This document shows, in pieces, positions 10,316 through 20,165 of a stretch of DNA of 64,000 nt. The notes beneath the pieces are model-generated. The model ran no database searches. It saw only the letters and a program-made list of their open reading frames with translations, and had not been told where the DNA came from. Positions within the stretch are counted from its first letter, which is position 1, and each line of letters begins with the position of its first letter. This stretch comes from a virus: the IMG/VR virus record IMGVR_UViG_3300031539_000007, positions 49,044 through 113,043 of that record; one strand, given 5' to 3'. The position numbers were made by a program, and so were the translations under genes.

Positions 10316-10574
10316 TGCGATAACCCCCTAAAATATGCTCGACTTCTTCGCCGTCTGATTCCCACGCGATCTCATCAATCGCGCCAAACTTCATCAACGA
10401 AGCCAGAACATCAGCCAGCACTACGGACTCTTCGCAATCTGTAAAGTGTACCAGGATGGGATTTCTATTAAAGTGGAGAGTAAGCACGTCTAGTGCCTCT
10501 TGTGCGGTTCTACACCACAGCCACTCAGGGGAAGGGGAAGGGGATTCTGTCTCGCTAATCCAAACCCTAATCAT
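10308..10574 (-). CDS. Possible degenerate cyclic-phosphate-processing Receiver-like protein
   Basis: RVWI..P.P.W.WCRT..EAL..L pattern next to a phosphoesterase; canonical DD missing. Confidence 0.35.
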   Translation of the reverse strand: MIRVWISETESPSPSPEWLWCRTAQEALDVLTLHFNRNPILVHFTDCEESVVLADVLASLMKFGAIDEIAWESDGEEVEHILGGYRSE

Positions 10575-10752
10575 CCGCATCAAGCACGTCGGCGATGGCA
10601 TACAGCACGTCACAGAGCCATTCGATGTCGGGGTACTTGTCTTCGTACTCATCTTTGAGTAGCCGTACAATGCGCCGCAACTTCATAGCGAGCACGTCCG
10701 GCTTGCTGTCTGCAACCAATACGTCGTAGATGCCTAGCAAATGCTTGGTCAT
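10567..10752 (-). CDS. Hypothetical protein
   Basis: GGAG RBS, ATG 10752. Confidence 0.5.
   Translation of the reverse strand: MTKHLLGIYDVLVADSKPDVLAMKLRRIVRLLKDEYEDKYPDIEWLCDVLYAIADVLDADD
10646..10662. repeat. Motif 2 copy (TACTCA-TCTT-TGAGTAG)
   Basis: Intragenic copy. Confidence 0.7.
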
Positions 10753-10928
10753 GTTACACTCCATATCCGAATATGGGCGACAGCGATACGTGGTTGTAAT
10801 GCCGCTGACACCAATCGTTGATAGCCGACTTCCTGCGCGGCGAGACCGGGTAGCGCCTGATTGTCTCGCCGCGCTTGACGCTGACGACATAACTGTTGAT
10901 AGTCACGTCGTAGCTGATGTACACGAGC

Positions 10929-11993
10929 CTAAACAAGCGCCATCTCCAACTGTTCGGCATTAACCTCTGCGGCCTCTGGATAACGATAGCCAGACTCCTT
11001 GCGCAGAATCTCACCAGACATCCTCTCCATAGCTTCCTGGAAGGTCTCGCTGTCCTGTCGTTGCGCTACATAGGTAACAGCGTTGACGACATCCATCAGA
11101 CGCGGTTCGCGTGCTCTGCCATACTCGCCAGCATTGCCAGTAGTCGCACCGACGGTTTCATCAATCACAGATTTAGACACACCATACTTCTTGGCGTAGC
11201 GCTCCAGTAATGGGCGCACTGTTTTCTGTTCGATGTGAATACTCTCGCTGGCGACAAATAAACGGGCGGCGACCTCTGACATTTGTAGCGCGGTAGCCAT
11301 TGCCGCCGCAATCATAGCCGCCATCATACTTTGGTCGTAGTAGCGATGGTTGAACACCATTGCCTCTTTACATTCCCATCCAAATACCAGCCCGTTGGTA
11401 CACACAGAGCGATATAGGCCACCGGCAATCTTCGCGCCACCATCACCAATCTCAGAGTTACGGATATAGACGCCCAAGTGCAGCCCGCCATACTTGTCCG
11501 ACAGTTCAATCTCAGGGAAGAGCACGTAAGCACGTAGGTGGTCGTCAACACTCGGACGGTGAACTACCGCGTGCGCACCGTCGATATGGTTCTCAAATAG
11601 CCCAACGAACCGGCTGTTGTCAAACACCGTGTACTCATCACTGAGTACGGCACGCACCACATCACCCTTAGAGCGCACAAGATACTCGCGCCCTTTGCCA
11701 GCTTCCTGTTGCAGCATGCGATTAAAAACCTCTGGCTCGAAATCTGGCGGGCACTTTTTTTCAAGCCAGTGAATATCAGGCCCGCCAATGCGCCCGTTAA
11801 GTTGGCGGTACGCATAATCTGACAGATAGCCAGTTAGCGTCATCTCGCGCTGGAAGAGGGTGCTCGGAACGCGGTATCGCAGCGCCTTATCGCCTACGTA
11901 CACCACATCTTTGGCGTGCGTGGTGTGGTCATAACAATCAACGGCGTACTCATCTACGCTTTCTCGTAGTGCTTGCAGCGTGCTTGCGCTCAT
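10929..11993 (-). CDS. DUF932-like protein
   Basis: VRAVLSDEY..FDN, G.YIRNSEIG, GLYRSVCTNGLV; GAGG RBS before ATG 11993. Confidence 0.75.
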   Translation of the reverse strand: MSASTLQALRESVDEYAVDCYDHTTHAKDVVYVGDKALRYRVPSTLFQREMTLTGYLSDYAYRQLNGRIGGPDIHWLEKKCPPDFEPEVFNRMLQQEAGKGREYLVRSKGDVVRAVLSDEYTVFDNSRFVGLFENHIDGAHAVVHRPSVDDHLRAYVLFPEIELSDKYGGLHLGVYIRNSEIGDGGAKIAGGLYRSVCTNGLVFGWECKEAMVFNHRYYDQSMMAAMIAAAMATALQMSEVAARLFVASESIHIEQKTVRPLLERYAKKYGVSKSVIDETVGATTGNAGEYGRAREPRLMDVVNAVTYVAQRQDSETFQEAMERMSGEILRKESGYRYPEAAEVNAEQLEMALV

Positions 11994-12192
11994 CGTGTGC
12001 CTCCTCTCTGATTTCTGGAATGAATCTCTTCGCAAAGTCATCAACCGGCCCACCGTCAATGACAAACATCCTCAAAATTGCCATCGCGAACGACTTGAGA
12101 CCTGTGTGCTCTTTCGCCAATGCAATGGCAATGTCGCGGTCGCCACCTTCAAGGGTCGCGATCCACTCAGCAATCTCCTTCACGGCGAGCAT
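11950..12192 (-). CDS. Hypothetical protein
   Basis: GGAGG RBS, co-oriented. Confidence 0.5.
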   Translation of the reverse strand: MLAVKEIAEWIATLEGGDRDIAIALAKEHTGLKSFAMAILRMFVIDGGPVDDFAKRFIPEIREEAHDERKHAASTTRKRR

Positions 12193-12407
12193 TTACCAGC
12201 CTCCGACAGTGCGAAGATTACTGGCTCTGGTGTGTACGAGACACAGAAGAACTCATTGTTCACCTTGTACCCATGCTCAAAGCCAGCGGACTCACAAACA
12301 TTGTCCAATGAATTCCCTGCAAGGGCTGTGCCGACAACCAGGCCAAACACAAAGACCAACGCCACGAGCGCCATCACAAAAGCAAAAACTCCACCGTTGT
12401 CTTCCAT
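12180..12407 (-). CDS. Small membrane protein
   Basis: AGGAGG RBS, single TM. Confidence 0.6.
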   Translation of the reverse strand: MEDNGGVFAFVMALVALVFVFGLVVGTALAGNSLDNVCESAGFEHGYKVNNEFFCVSYTPEPVIFALSEAGKCSP

Positions 12408-12478
12408 CGTTTCCCTCCTATCAAGTGATAAGCCAAGTATAGCACATACGCGCCGCCAGCATAGTGACAAACATCACG

Positions 12479-12712
12479 TTAGTCTTTGACGTATGTTACT
12501 CTGCCAGTGTCGATCCCCACATGCCGTGCTTCTGACAAGGAGCGGGTTTGAATCATACACCGCTGCATCTTCGCGCTTACGCCAGCGCGTGTAGCACTAT
12601 ACCGCTTTGCTATCTCTATCTGCGACAAACCCTCTTCGTCGTATAGCCTTTTCAGCGTCGCGCAATCAGGTAGTTTCAAAGCACATCTCCCTCGCAATCC
12701 TTGCAGTACCAA
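12479..12712 (-). CDS. Small HTH DNA-binding protein
   Basis: LKRLYDEEGLSQIEIAKRYSATRAGVS. Confidence 0.65.
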   Translation of the reverse strand: MVLQGLRGRCALKLPDCATLKRLYDEEGLSQIEIAKRYSATRAGVSAKMQRCMIQTRSLSEARHVGIDTGRVTYVKD

Positions 12713-13017
12713 TTACAACCAGAGCCACGGATAGACGACACTGGATGGCCGCATAGCATTGTGCCTTCTGTGGCCTTTTCTGTGCCAGCCTCGATAACGG
12801 CCAGCATAAGCTCGGCTTGCAATACAGCTCTCGCTATGTCGAATTCCCACTCGGCAATACGCTGCACAGACGGGAAGAACAACGGGCGGATGACGCAGGC
12901 CCACGCTTTACCAATAAAGCCAATGCCGTACATAGTGTCCCTGGATTGCTCGTAAGCAGACCAGCTCGGCAGGCCAGACATCTTGACGGTGATTCCTAAA
13001 TTATTCAACCAGCTCAT
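12676..13017 (-). CDS. Hypothetical protein
   Basis: Co-oriented; C-terminal CGH..YCKDC. Confidence 0.5.
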   Translation of the reverse strand: MSWLNNLGITVKMSGLPSWSAYEQSRDTMYGIGFIGKAWACVIRPLFFPSVQRIAEWEFDIARAVLQAELMLAVIEAGTEKATEGTMLCGHPVSSIRGSGCNWYCKDCEGDVL

Positions 13018-14398
13018 TGCCATTCTCCTTGTCATACGACGCACATTGTTCCCAAACCTTCAGCATCTCTTCTCCGTGAGGCATGAAGCTACCCGAAATA
13101 CGGGAGCTACCCATTCTACGGCCCGTCACATCAAATAGCGCTCGATTCACTTTGTCACGCCCCCATCCATCTTGGACTGCATACAGTGCCACAACGCTTT
13201 CGGCATTGTCAAAGGGCAGCGGGGCTGGCCCCGGCTTAGTATCTAATATGTCCGCCCTGTTGAACGCGGGCCAAGATTTCATGCGTGGCTCGCCGCCCCC
13301 CAGCGCTTTGGCCTGGGCTTCTGATGTGTATGCTATCAACATCCGCGTTGTCAGTGTGTCGGTACACAAGTACGCATCGCCTGAGCCTGAGAGGAAATCT
13401 GCTCGCGGGCGCACATCGCCAACAATAGCTTCGCTCTCAAAGCGGTCGGACACATTTAAGGCCAGACGTACACCAAACTGCGCGCGTGTACCTTGTCCGC
13501 TATCGCCGAACATCTTTTGCTTGGGCGACTGCGTAGCGCATAGTAGGAAGATGCTCACTTCGCGACCCATCTTCGATAGTAGAAATAGGAGGGAACTCAC
13601 CGTGTCGTCAGCCATCGTGAACATATCAAAGTCGTCAAAGATGATGTACAGCGGCGAGAACTTCTCGGCGTCCTCGTCTGTGGCGTGGTTGCGCTCGCAC
13701 ATCAGACGATAGCACCATCCCAGAGCGTTGAGCACGCTTGCGCCATCTGTCGCCATCGGCCCTACCTGTCGCGGGAGTCCATTGATTACACCCAGCCCGC
13801 GGTTCCCTTTCCCGTTCAGGAGCACGAACTCGGCGTCTTCTGCAAGCACAAGCTGCCGCAGAATTGTCCAAGTGGCTACTGTCTTTCCAGAGCCGGTGCG
13901 CCCGCCGACAAGAATGTGGTGTGCTATTTGCTGGTTGAGTGTAACCACAACTGTCCCGCCACGCCCATCAATGCCGAGCGTGAAGCTGCGCCCCTTACCA
14001 GGTCGCTGCGATAGCTCTTCAAGGCCAATGTGCGTTGTTTGTAACTCTATAGGCCATTGCGCCTCAATGTGCAGGCGTTTGCCGCTCCAATCAACGAGCG
14101 GTTCAATAGATGATACATCGTCTATCCAGGTGTCAGGGAATAGCCCGCGCGCCTTTGCGTTCTTCTGGGCGCTTAGGGCTTGGTACAAACGGTCGCCAGC
14201 GGTTCCTGGCTTAACACTGACAATCCCTGAGCGTGGCCCAGGGATGTACTTCAACTTCTCAATTGCAATTGGCGTTCCGCTATTAAAGGCGGGGTCTGAA
14301 TAACACGCCGCCCACAACGCTGCGCCCAGACTGCCGAGCAGCTTCTCGCGCTCTCTGAGTAAGAACCTACGATCCTGTGGCATTCTCTTCCACAACAA
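13001..14398 (-). CDS. FtsK/SpoIIIE-family ATPase
   Basis: HILVGGRTGSGKT Walker A, IIFDDF Walker B, GRE..I.L..ATQSP, GSGDAY. Confidence 0.82.
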   Translation of the reverse strand: MLWKRMPQDRRFLLREREKLLGSLGAALWAACYSDPAFNSGTPIAIEKLKYIPGPRSGIVSVKPGTAGDRLYQALSAQKNAKARGLFPDTWIDDVSSIEPLVDWSGKRLHIEAQWPIELQTTHIGLEELSQRPGKGRSFTLGIDGRGGTVVVTLNQQIAHHILVGGRTGSGKTVATWTILRQLVLAEDAEFVLLNGKGNRGLGVINGLPRQVGPMATDGASVLNALGWCYRLMCERNHATDEDAEKFSPLYIIFDDFDMFTMADDTVSSLLFLLSKMGREVSIFLLCATQSPKQKMFGDSGQGTRAQFGVRLALNVSDRFESEAIVGDVRPRADFLSGSGDAYLCTDTLTTRMLIAYTSEAQAKALGGGEPRMKSWPAFNRADILDTKPGPAPLPFDNAESVVALYAVQDGWGRDKVNRALFDVTGRRMGSSRISGSFMPHGEEMLKVWEQCASYDKENGNELVE

Positions 14399-14753
14399 TA
14401 TCTGGAACTGGAATCACTTTCGCCGTTTTGTTCTTGTCGTACACAATCACAACGAGTGCCGTCAACGTAACTACGGCGACAAAAGTTGTAATAGTAGCTA
14501 CCACAATCAACAAATAGTACGACTGTGTTGCCAGTTGCGTGTCAGTGTACACTGCATTCGCACCGGCGTTCATGAGACTCGCCTGGGCATCAAGCACGGC
14601 GCGATTCCCCTTGGCAACCTCTAGCGCCGCCTGTTGCTGGGCGCGACTCGCCGCAGCGTTATCACGAATGACACCCATGCCGCCGCCGAGGACAAGTACC
14701 AGCACAGCGACTACGACCAAGGCGATTACAATTGTTACAGGGCTGTCATTCAT
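14367..14753 (-). CDS. Membrane protein (2 TM)
   Basis: Two hydrophobic stretches, AGGAG RBS. Confidence 0.7.
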   Translation of the reverse strand: MNDSPVTIVIALVVVAVLVLVLGGGMGVIRDNAAASRAQQQAALEVAKGNRAVLDAQASLMNAGANAVYTDTQLATQSYYLLIVVATITTFVAVVTLTALVVIVYDKNKTAKVIPVPDIVVEENATGS

Positions 14754-14762
14754 AGTTTCTCC

Positions 14763-15458
14763 TTACTCAACTACCATAACTGGCGTTTCTTGCATTGGAA
14801 TATCTTCGCGTGGCTCGCGTGGGTACGTTAGCCACCGACTGTTGATAAGCAATCCGGGCGCGGCGCGCACGCTGTCGGACAGGTTGGGGAAGCCCATCTC
14901 GCGCAGGATGCGCCAGAGGATTTCCTTCGCCGTAAACGCTTCCCCGATAGGCACACAAATCGCGAGTATGAACCGTGCCGCCACCCACTCAATAGCTACA
15001 TACGTCTTCCAGATTGGCGTGTCAATCCACATAACCTGCTTGACCACATCGTAACTCACGCGCTCGCCGAAACTGTAGTTCCACTCAAACGCGCCGAGGG
15101 CCGTCAGGATAACGAAGAATACCCCGAAGGCCAGCACAATCAGCTTGGGGTATATTTTATCGTGCGGGTTCTTGATGGACATCTCGAAGCCCGCAGTAAA
15201 AACTTTTACTTTAATCCATAGCACCACGAACACCAGCAAGAGCAAGTGCCCAACATTCAGCGTCAGCGCGCCGTCGAGCAACTTGAGGTTGCCAATCAAC
15301 GCGGCGCTAATGTAGGCGCTCGTGGCATACACCAGAGTCATTATCACGTACAAGATAACGAAGAGAACGGGTTGCACGAGATTTGTGAACCACGTTTGCT
15401 TCTCGAACATATTGCCGCCACGGTTGACGGTTACTTCCCTACTACCACCATAACTCAT
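14763..15458 (-). CDS. Multi-pass membrane protein
   Basis: About 4 TM segments. Confidence 0.7.
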   Translation of the reverse strand: MSYGGSREVTVNRGGNMFEKQTWFTNLVQPVLFVILYVIMTLVYATSAYISAALIGNLKLLDGALTLNVGHLLLLVFVVLWIKVKVFTAGFEMSIKNPHDKIYPKLIVLAFGVFFVILTALGAFEWNYSFGERVSYDVVKQVMWIDTPIWKTYVAIEWVAARFILAICVPIGEAFTAKEILWRILREMGFPNLSDSVRAAPGLLINSRWLTYPREPREDIPMQETPVMVVE

Positions 15459-15485
15459 TGTTCACCTCTGACTATATCCACATAT

Positions 15486-15683
15486 TCACATCACAACAAT
15501 AAAAATCCACACAAACTCACACACGAGCATCGCCGATACTGCCAAAAACGGCCTATCAATATCTGCCGCGAAGTACAGGAATAGTCCGGCGATTGCCCCC
15601 GTTCCAAGAAACAGCAAACTCACAACGACAAAGAATACGGGGATGGACAGGATATATAGAATCGCCCTAGCAATATATTTCAT
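15486..15683 (-). CDS. Small membrane protein
   Basis: 2 TM; downstream of promoter 15705-15732. Confidence 0.6.
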   Translation of the reverse strand: MKYIARAILYILSIPVFFVVVSLLFLGTGAIAGLFLYFAADIDRPFLAVSAMLVCEFVWIFIVVM

Positions 15684-15704
15684 AGTATCACCTGCCTTGG
15701 TTAA

Positions 15705-15732
15705 AGTATAGCACCACTTGGTGTAATGTCAA
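15705..15732 (-). promoter_or_regulatory. Sigma70-type promoter
   Basis: TTGACA-16nt-TATACT with TG extension. Confidence 0.7.
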
Positions 15733-15857
15733 GTTGGTTCGCGCCTTTGGTTTTTCGCTACAACACCGCGATAGCCGCGATGACAGCGAACAAGAAAAAC
15801 AATAAACCCACGCCCAACATAACGCATCCCAACATTCGCGCACCGTGATTGTTTGTG

Positions 15858-16124
15858 TCACCCATGCCACACCCCCACGGTCTTCGCCCAATGATGCTCT
15901 GCCTGTTCCAGAGCCGCCTCTTCGGGAATCTCTTTGAAGAAATGCAATACCGTGATGTACTGGTCGCTAATATTCTTATGCGCCAGCGATGCCCACACCA
16001 CTGGGTGCATGTCCTTCACAATGATATTCTGCACTGGTGCTTGTTTTGCGCCAAGCATTCGCATCTCATAGACAACGAAGTGATACACGTCAGTTACCAT
16101 CAGTACCCCCAAGAGAATCTTCAA
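15858..16124 (-). CDS. Hypothetical protein
   Basis: Co-oriented ORF. Confidence 0.4.
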   Translation of the reverse strand: MKILLGVLMVTDVYHFVVYEMRMLGAKQAPVQNIIVKDMHPVVWASLAHKNISDQYITVLHFFKEIPEEAALEQAEHHWAKTVGVWHG

Positions 16125-16473
16125 TATCCATTACCAACATTTCAGACTCCTTATCTTGCCCAAGAAACTCTTTCTCGACTTTCTCAATGTAGCGCACTGC
16201 ATGCTCAAGAACCCCGCGATCTACAATCACTGGATCGCCAAGATTCTTTGAATGGGGAGTGTTCAATGCGGCTTCGCGGTAGCGTATATAATCATACACT
16301 ACGTTTACAATTTCGCGCAACTCACTTACGTCTATTGAGAACGATGGCTCAGACCACAGAATCTCGAAAGTCATTGTGCCGTCATCGTCAACTGTGATGC
16401 GCACGGCGTCGAACTCGATTGTCATCTTGTCACCGCGATGCTCAAGGAATTCGGATTTAGTTACCATTGGCAT
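16090..16473 (-). CDS. Hypothetical protein
   Basis: AGGAG RBS, acidic. Confidence 0.6.
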   Translation of the reverse strand: MPMVTKSEFLEHRGDKMTIEFDAVRITVDDDGTMTFEILWSEPSFSIDVSELREIVNVVYDYIRYREAALNTPHSKNLGDPVIVDRGVLEHAVRYIEKVEKEFLGQDKESEMLVMDIEDSLGGTDGN

Positions 16474-16675
16474 CTCCTGTTATTTTACAAATTGCGCACC
16501 GTGAAACCAGAGGCCCGGCCTCTGTATATACACACTCTTGATAGTCTGAGCAGTTATGCCCTTCAACCGCAACGGCTTTGTCGTATGAGAAAGGGCTGCA
16601 CACATGAATCTTCTCGCCGCAATACTCAGACGGAGACACAACCTCTCTGCAACTTAGACAAACAAACGTTACCAC
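16457..16675 (-). CDS. Small Cys-rich (Zn-binding) protein
   Basis: AGAAAGGAG RBS; CxxC motifs. Confidence 0.55.
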   Translation of the reverse strand: MVTFVCLSCREVVSPSEYCGEKIHVCSPFSYDKAVAVEGHNCSDYQECVYTEAGPLVSRCAICKITGDANGN

Positions 16676-16690
16676 TTGGGAATCTCCTTT

Positions 16691-16709
16691 CTACTCAACT
16701 ATGAGTAGG
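16691..16709. repeat. Motif 2 copy (variant core ACTA)
   Basis: Contains stop of 16699-16881, abuts RBS. Confidence 0.7.
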
Positions 16710-16881
16710 ATTGAACAATAGCAGCGATCTCCACCAGTTGCTCTGCCGTGAAATGCACCACGCCGTTCGCACCCTTGATGTTCACGAACACCGCGCCATC
16801 AGCAGCGACGGCGAAGAACGCTACGCACTCACCGGCGTCGTTCAAGATGTTGATGTATGGACTGCTGAATGAGAGTTTCAT
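16699..16881 (-). CDS. Hypothetical protein
   Basis: Coupled; stop codon lies in motif-2 copy. Confidence 0.5.
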   Translation of the reverse strand: MKLSFSSPYINILNDAGECVAFFAVAADGAVFVNIKGANGVVHFTAEQLVEIAAIVQSYS

Positions 16882-17651
16882 AGCGCAACCCCAGCAGACC
16901 GCAATAGTTTCAGTTTGTTCGCCACGGTTGTCCGACTGTAACCAGAGATTTCTGCTAGTAAAGACTGGGTTGCATCTGGATGCACAGAGATTGCATCGAA
17001 CACCGCTTTGGTTACACTGTCCAGCAATAAGTTGTCAAGAACTTGCTTTTGTAAATCTTCAACACTTGGTTGCGCAACCTCTGGTTTCGTTTCTCGCCTG
17101 GAAGGTTTCGAGCCATCGGCATCTTCTTTCTTGCGGTTGCGTTCGCGCATCTTGAATTCATGCTCACCTTCATTCCACTTTTCCCATCTTTCATCAAAGC
17201 TCGCATTGTAAAAGCCGAACTCCATTATGCCAGCATAGAAGTCAACCCCTGAGCACAACAGAAGCACGAGCGGCCCGTTTGCGCGCACCCACAGCAACCA
17301 CCATGCTGGCATATCGGCTAATGACACATAGACGACGAATAGATTTCCGAGTGTGGCGGCAAGTGAAACAAACAGCCCTACCCAGTCGAAAGCGTTGGTT
17401 TCATTGGCCCTAGACTTACGAAAAACCTCTGCCGCCGCCGCAAGCGTACCCGCCTCCCCGCCGAACACCATCAGCGCACTACCAAGAGCGTGCCCGTTTA
17501 GTTGTGCCATCCCTGGCACGAAAGCGTTGTGGGCATAGACAACCACGCCGACGCTATAGACGATGGCTGGCAACAGCAATGCCCACCACGCGAATCCGTG
17601 GCGTTTGGGTTCTGGCTTCCAGTATTCAAGTTCTATATTCGGCATACTCAC
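16878..17651 (-). CDS. Membrane protein with C-terminal winged HTH
   Basis: 4 TM then HPDATQSLLAEISGYSRTTVANKLKLL. Confidence 0.7.
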   Translation of the reverse strand: MSMPNIELEYWKPEPKRHGFAWWALLLPAIVYSVGVVVYAHNAFVPGMAQLNGHALGSALMVFGGEAGTLAAAAEVFRKSRANETNAFDWVGLFVSLAATLGNLFVVYVSLADMPAWWLLWVRANGPLVLLLCSGVDFYAGIMEFGFYNASFDERWEKWNEGEHEFKMRERNRKKEDADGSKPSRRETKPEVAQPSVEDLQKQVLDNLLLDSVTKAVFDAISVHPDATQSLLAEISGYSRTTVANKLKLLRSAGVAL

Positions 17652-17775
17652 TCCTGCTCAAAGACGACTAGAGCACTCCGACAAGTGCGTTCACGAGCGC
17701 CCCGCCCAATACACCGATAAGTGTTCCAATAACCGCAATTGCCAATAAAGCTACTGCCACTTTCATTGTTTTCCT

Positions 17776-17794
17776 CCTACTCAAAGATGAGTTG
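17776..17794. repeat. Motif 2 copy
   Basis: CCTACTCAAAGATGAGTTG, overlaps minus-strand RBS. Confidence 0.7.
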
Positions 17795-17970
17795 AACCCG
17801 TCAGTTTCCAATACGCTCTCTAAAAATACCCAACCATCGCCAATGACAGTTTGTGCATCAGGGTCATCGTCTTGGCACAGACAACTACAAATAGGCCACC
17901 CGCACCCAGGGCAGGGCGTCTCGTCAACCAGTCCTGATTCCGTGACATAAGTAGGCATTGTTGTATCTCC

Positions 17971-18261
17971 TTAGTCAAGTACGCTTATTACATCCGACTG
18001 AACCACACCCTCTTCATCAATATTCCCAACTAAAACCAAGTCAATGTACAGATCGTACCCCACGCCCTTTGCCGCGTTACGGCAAGCGTCTAGCATCGGT
18101 CTGTAAAACTCCTCGATGTCGAACAACGATCCCTTGATTGTGCCATACACGATGCCGCGCGCTGTCCCCACATAATCGGCGTACACATACATTGCCTCAG
18201 CGACGGCGCGGGTGGCGTCATGGTCGTATATGAAGCTAGTTATAAATGTGTTCTCGCTCAC
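17971..18261 (-). CDS. Hypothetical protein
   Basis: Coupled ORF. Confidence 0.55.
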   Translation of the reverse strand: MSENTFITSFIYDHDATRAVAEAMYVYADYVGTARGIVYGTIKGSLFDIEEFYRPMLDACRNAAKGVGYDLYIDLVLVGNIDEEGVVQSDVISVLD

Positions 18262-18512
18262 TGTTCCCCACCGGCGAACCTGTCCTTAGCCTCTCTCGCA
18301 GACTTCCCGTGCATCTCGGCGTACTCTTCCCATAGCTCGCCGTGGAACGGCCCGAACGCCCTGTCTACAGGCTCGTATGGGTCTGGCCCTATCCTCAGCC
18401 ACCAGTCACGGCAGAGGTTACAACGACACCAGTATTTGTGGTTAGATGCGGCCACAAACGATTCGCCAACCATGCCCGCGAAATACTGCTGTACATCTTT
18501 CAAGTCTGTCAT
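18258..18512 (-). CDS. Hypothetical protein (HxxxCxCxxC)
   Basis: Coupled ORF. Confidence 0.55.
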   Translation of the reverse strand: MTDLKDVQQYFAGMVGESFVAASNHKYWCRCNLCRDWWLRIGPDPYEPVDRAFGPFHGELWEEYAEMHGKSAREAKDRFAGGEQ

Positions 18513-18872
18513 TTTCTCATCGCCTCCCGAATCTCGTCCTGGCTCATGCCCTGCGACTCGCCACTACCGCCGAATAACAGCCACACAACAATCCAGAGCA
18601 GCACGGCACACGCGCCGCCACCAAAAATAATAGCCATCAGCATTGTGAGCATGTTTTCCATTAGTCCCCGCCTTGGCACACTGTCTGTGTACAATAGTTG
18701 TTCGGTTCAGCCATCCCCGACTCTCTGAACTCCTTGCGGCAGCGAGACACGCAGCCGTCACCGCACCCCGAAAGCACAACCACGAATACTAGCAACATCA
18801 ATAGCCTTCTCACTGACAACCCCCTTTACGCACTTTTAAGACCTAACTACACATACGGGTAGTTTAGTACAC

Positions 18873-19094
18873 CTACTCGCCACTTCCCTCAATCTCTGCT
18901 TCCCTGGCAACAATCTCAGCGCCACGGCCTGTCCTGTACGGGTAGATGGGGCACTTGTAATCCCAACATTTGCGTACCTCGTATTCCATGAACCCGCTAC
19001 AATCCACGCACTTCAAGTGGATCGCTTTCGCCCGCGTGAGCATGACTTCTCTCGTCCCGCCGTCCTTCGTCCTGATGGTGTGCTTAATCGCCAT
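18873..19094 (-). CDS. Small phage Zn-binding protein
   Basis: KAI..KC.DC..EV.KC...CP.YPYR.G pattern. Confidence 0.65.
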   Translation of the reverse strand: MAIKHTIRTKDGGTREVMLTRAKAIHLKCVDCSGFMEYEVRKCWDYKCPIYPYRTGRGAEIVAREAEIEGSGE

Positions 19095-19332
19095 CGTCTA
19101 GCCTCACGACTACATCCCACTCAGGATTATCGGTGAGCCATTCGTCGGCCCACTCTTGTGAATCGAACTGAATGAGCGACATGGTATTGAGCTGGTGCTT
19201 GATAACGTATGTTGGCAAGCTGTAGCAGTTTCCCCATGCCTGCACGCAACCCATGTGTGTTTCGATATTCAGATAAGCGCGACCACCAGTAGTGCTTCTC
19301 GCCTGAGCCTTGTTACCACAATCAATCGCCAT
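19084..19332 (-). CDS. Hypothetical protein
   Basis: Coupled ORF. Confidence 0.5.
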   Translation of the reverse strand: MAIDCGNKAQARSTTGGRAYLNIETHMGCVQAWGNCYSLPTYVIKHQLNTMSLIQFDSQEWADEWLTDNPEWDVVVRLDDGD

Positions 19333-19561
19333 CCTTATCCTCCTTCACCCAGAACCCATCTACTGATTCTATAGACCGACAGTACCTAATGTAATTCTTG
19401 GCAAACAATGGAACTAGCAATCTCCAGAACCATCTGCCAGGGAATAGACCCAAGTGTTGAGCGTATAGCCAAGTCCATACTATTTTCTGCCTTGTGGTAA
19501 TCCCCCATCCAGCGAGCTTCTTGTTTCTAACATGCCAAATGAAATCTTTCCAGGTTTTCAC
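19322..19561 (-). CDS. Hypothetical protein
   Basis: Coupled ORF. Confidence 0.5.
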   Translation of the reverse strand: MKTWKDFIWHVRNKKLAGWGITTRQKIVWTWLYAQHLGLFPGRWFWRLLVPLFAKNYIRYCRSIESVDGFWVKEDKDGD

Positions 19562-20112
19562 ACGCCCCCCAACGCCTCTATGACAATATCTCTTGGTAAG
19601 AAGTCGCTACAGAAGTAGCCACTGCTGAATGTGGTCTTCTTACTAACCGCCCCATTTACCAAAAAATGCACCCGTTTGTCAAACATCAACAACTGCATCT
19701 GCCGTCCGGCCTCTTTGAAGACCCATTTGCTATACTTGTCATTCAACCAGGTCAAGGCCATTAGCAGGCACACCGGCTTCCCAAAGCCCAGCGCCCGCTC
19801 GAATGTTTGTCGCTTTCTACTGAACGGGGGGTTGCTGATAATGCAATCCCATTCGTCTGGTTCGTGCTCATGGAAGTCTTGCCCGTTATCAATATGGCTA
19901 TGCACAACCCTGTTTGTCAAACCGATCTGCCGTACATACTCGCTGTCAGCAGTATCAAATGGACACCACACTATCCAATCACTACGAATGTACTTCAACA
20001 CCGGCGCTACTGCATACGCTGGCGTGTAGCACTCGTCTTGTACAGTGCGTCTATATAACAAATTATGGCTGTCCATCGTCCAACCTCCAATCTCCATGTA
20101 TTCTACACCCAC
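19558..20112 (-). CDS. Small N6-adenine DNA methyltransferase
   Basis: DECYTP, VWCPFD, GQDF, ISNPPFS. Confidence 0.8.
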   Translation of the reverse strand: MGVEYMEIGGWTMDSHNLLYRRTVQDECYTPAYAVAPVLKYIRSDWIVWCPFDTADSEYVRQIGLTNRVVHSHIDNGQDFHEHEPDEWDCIISNPPFSRKRQTFERALGFGKPVCLLMALTWLNDKYSKWVFKEAGRQMQLLMFDKRVHFLVNGAVSKKTTFSSGYFCSDFLPRDIVIEALGGV

Positions 20113-20165
20113 AAACCTTTATCGGACAGTGACGAATGTAACGTCAAGTACGAATGGATGTCATT

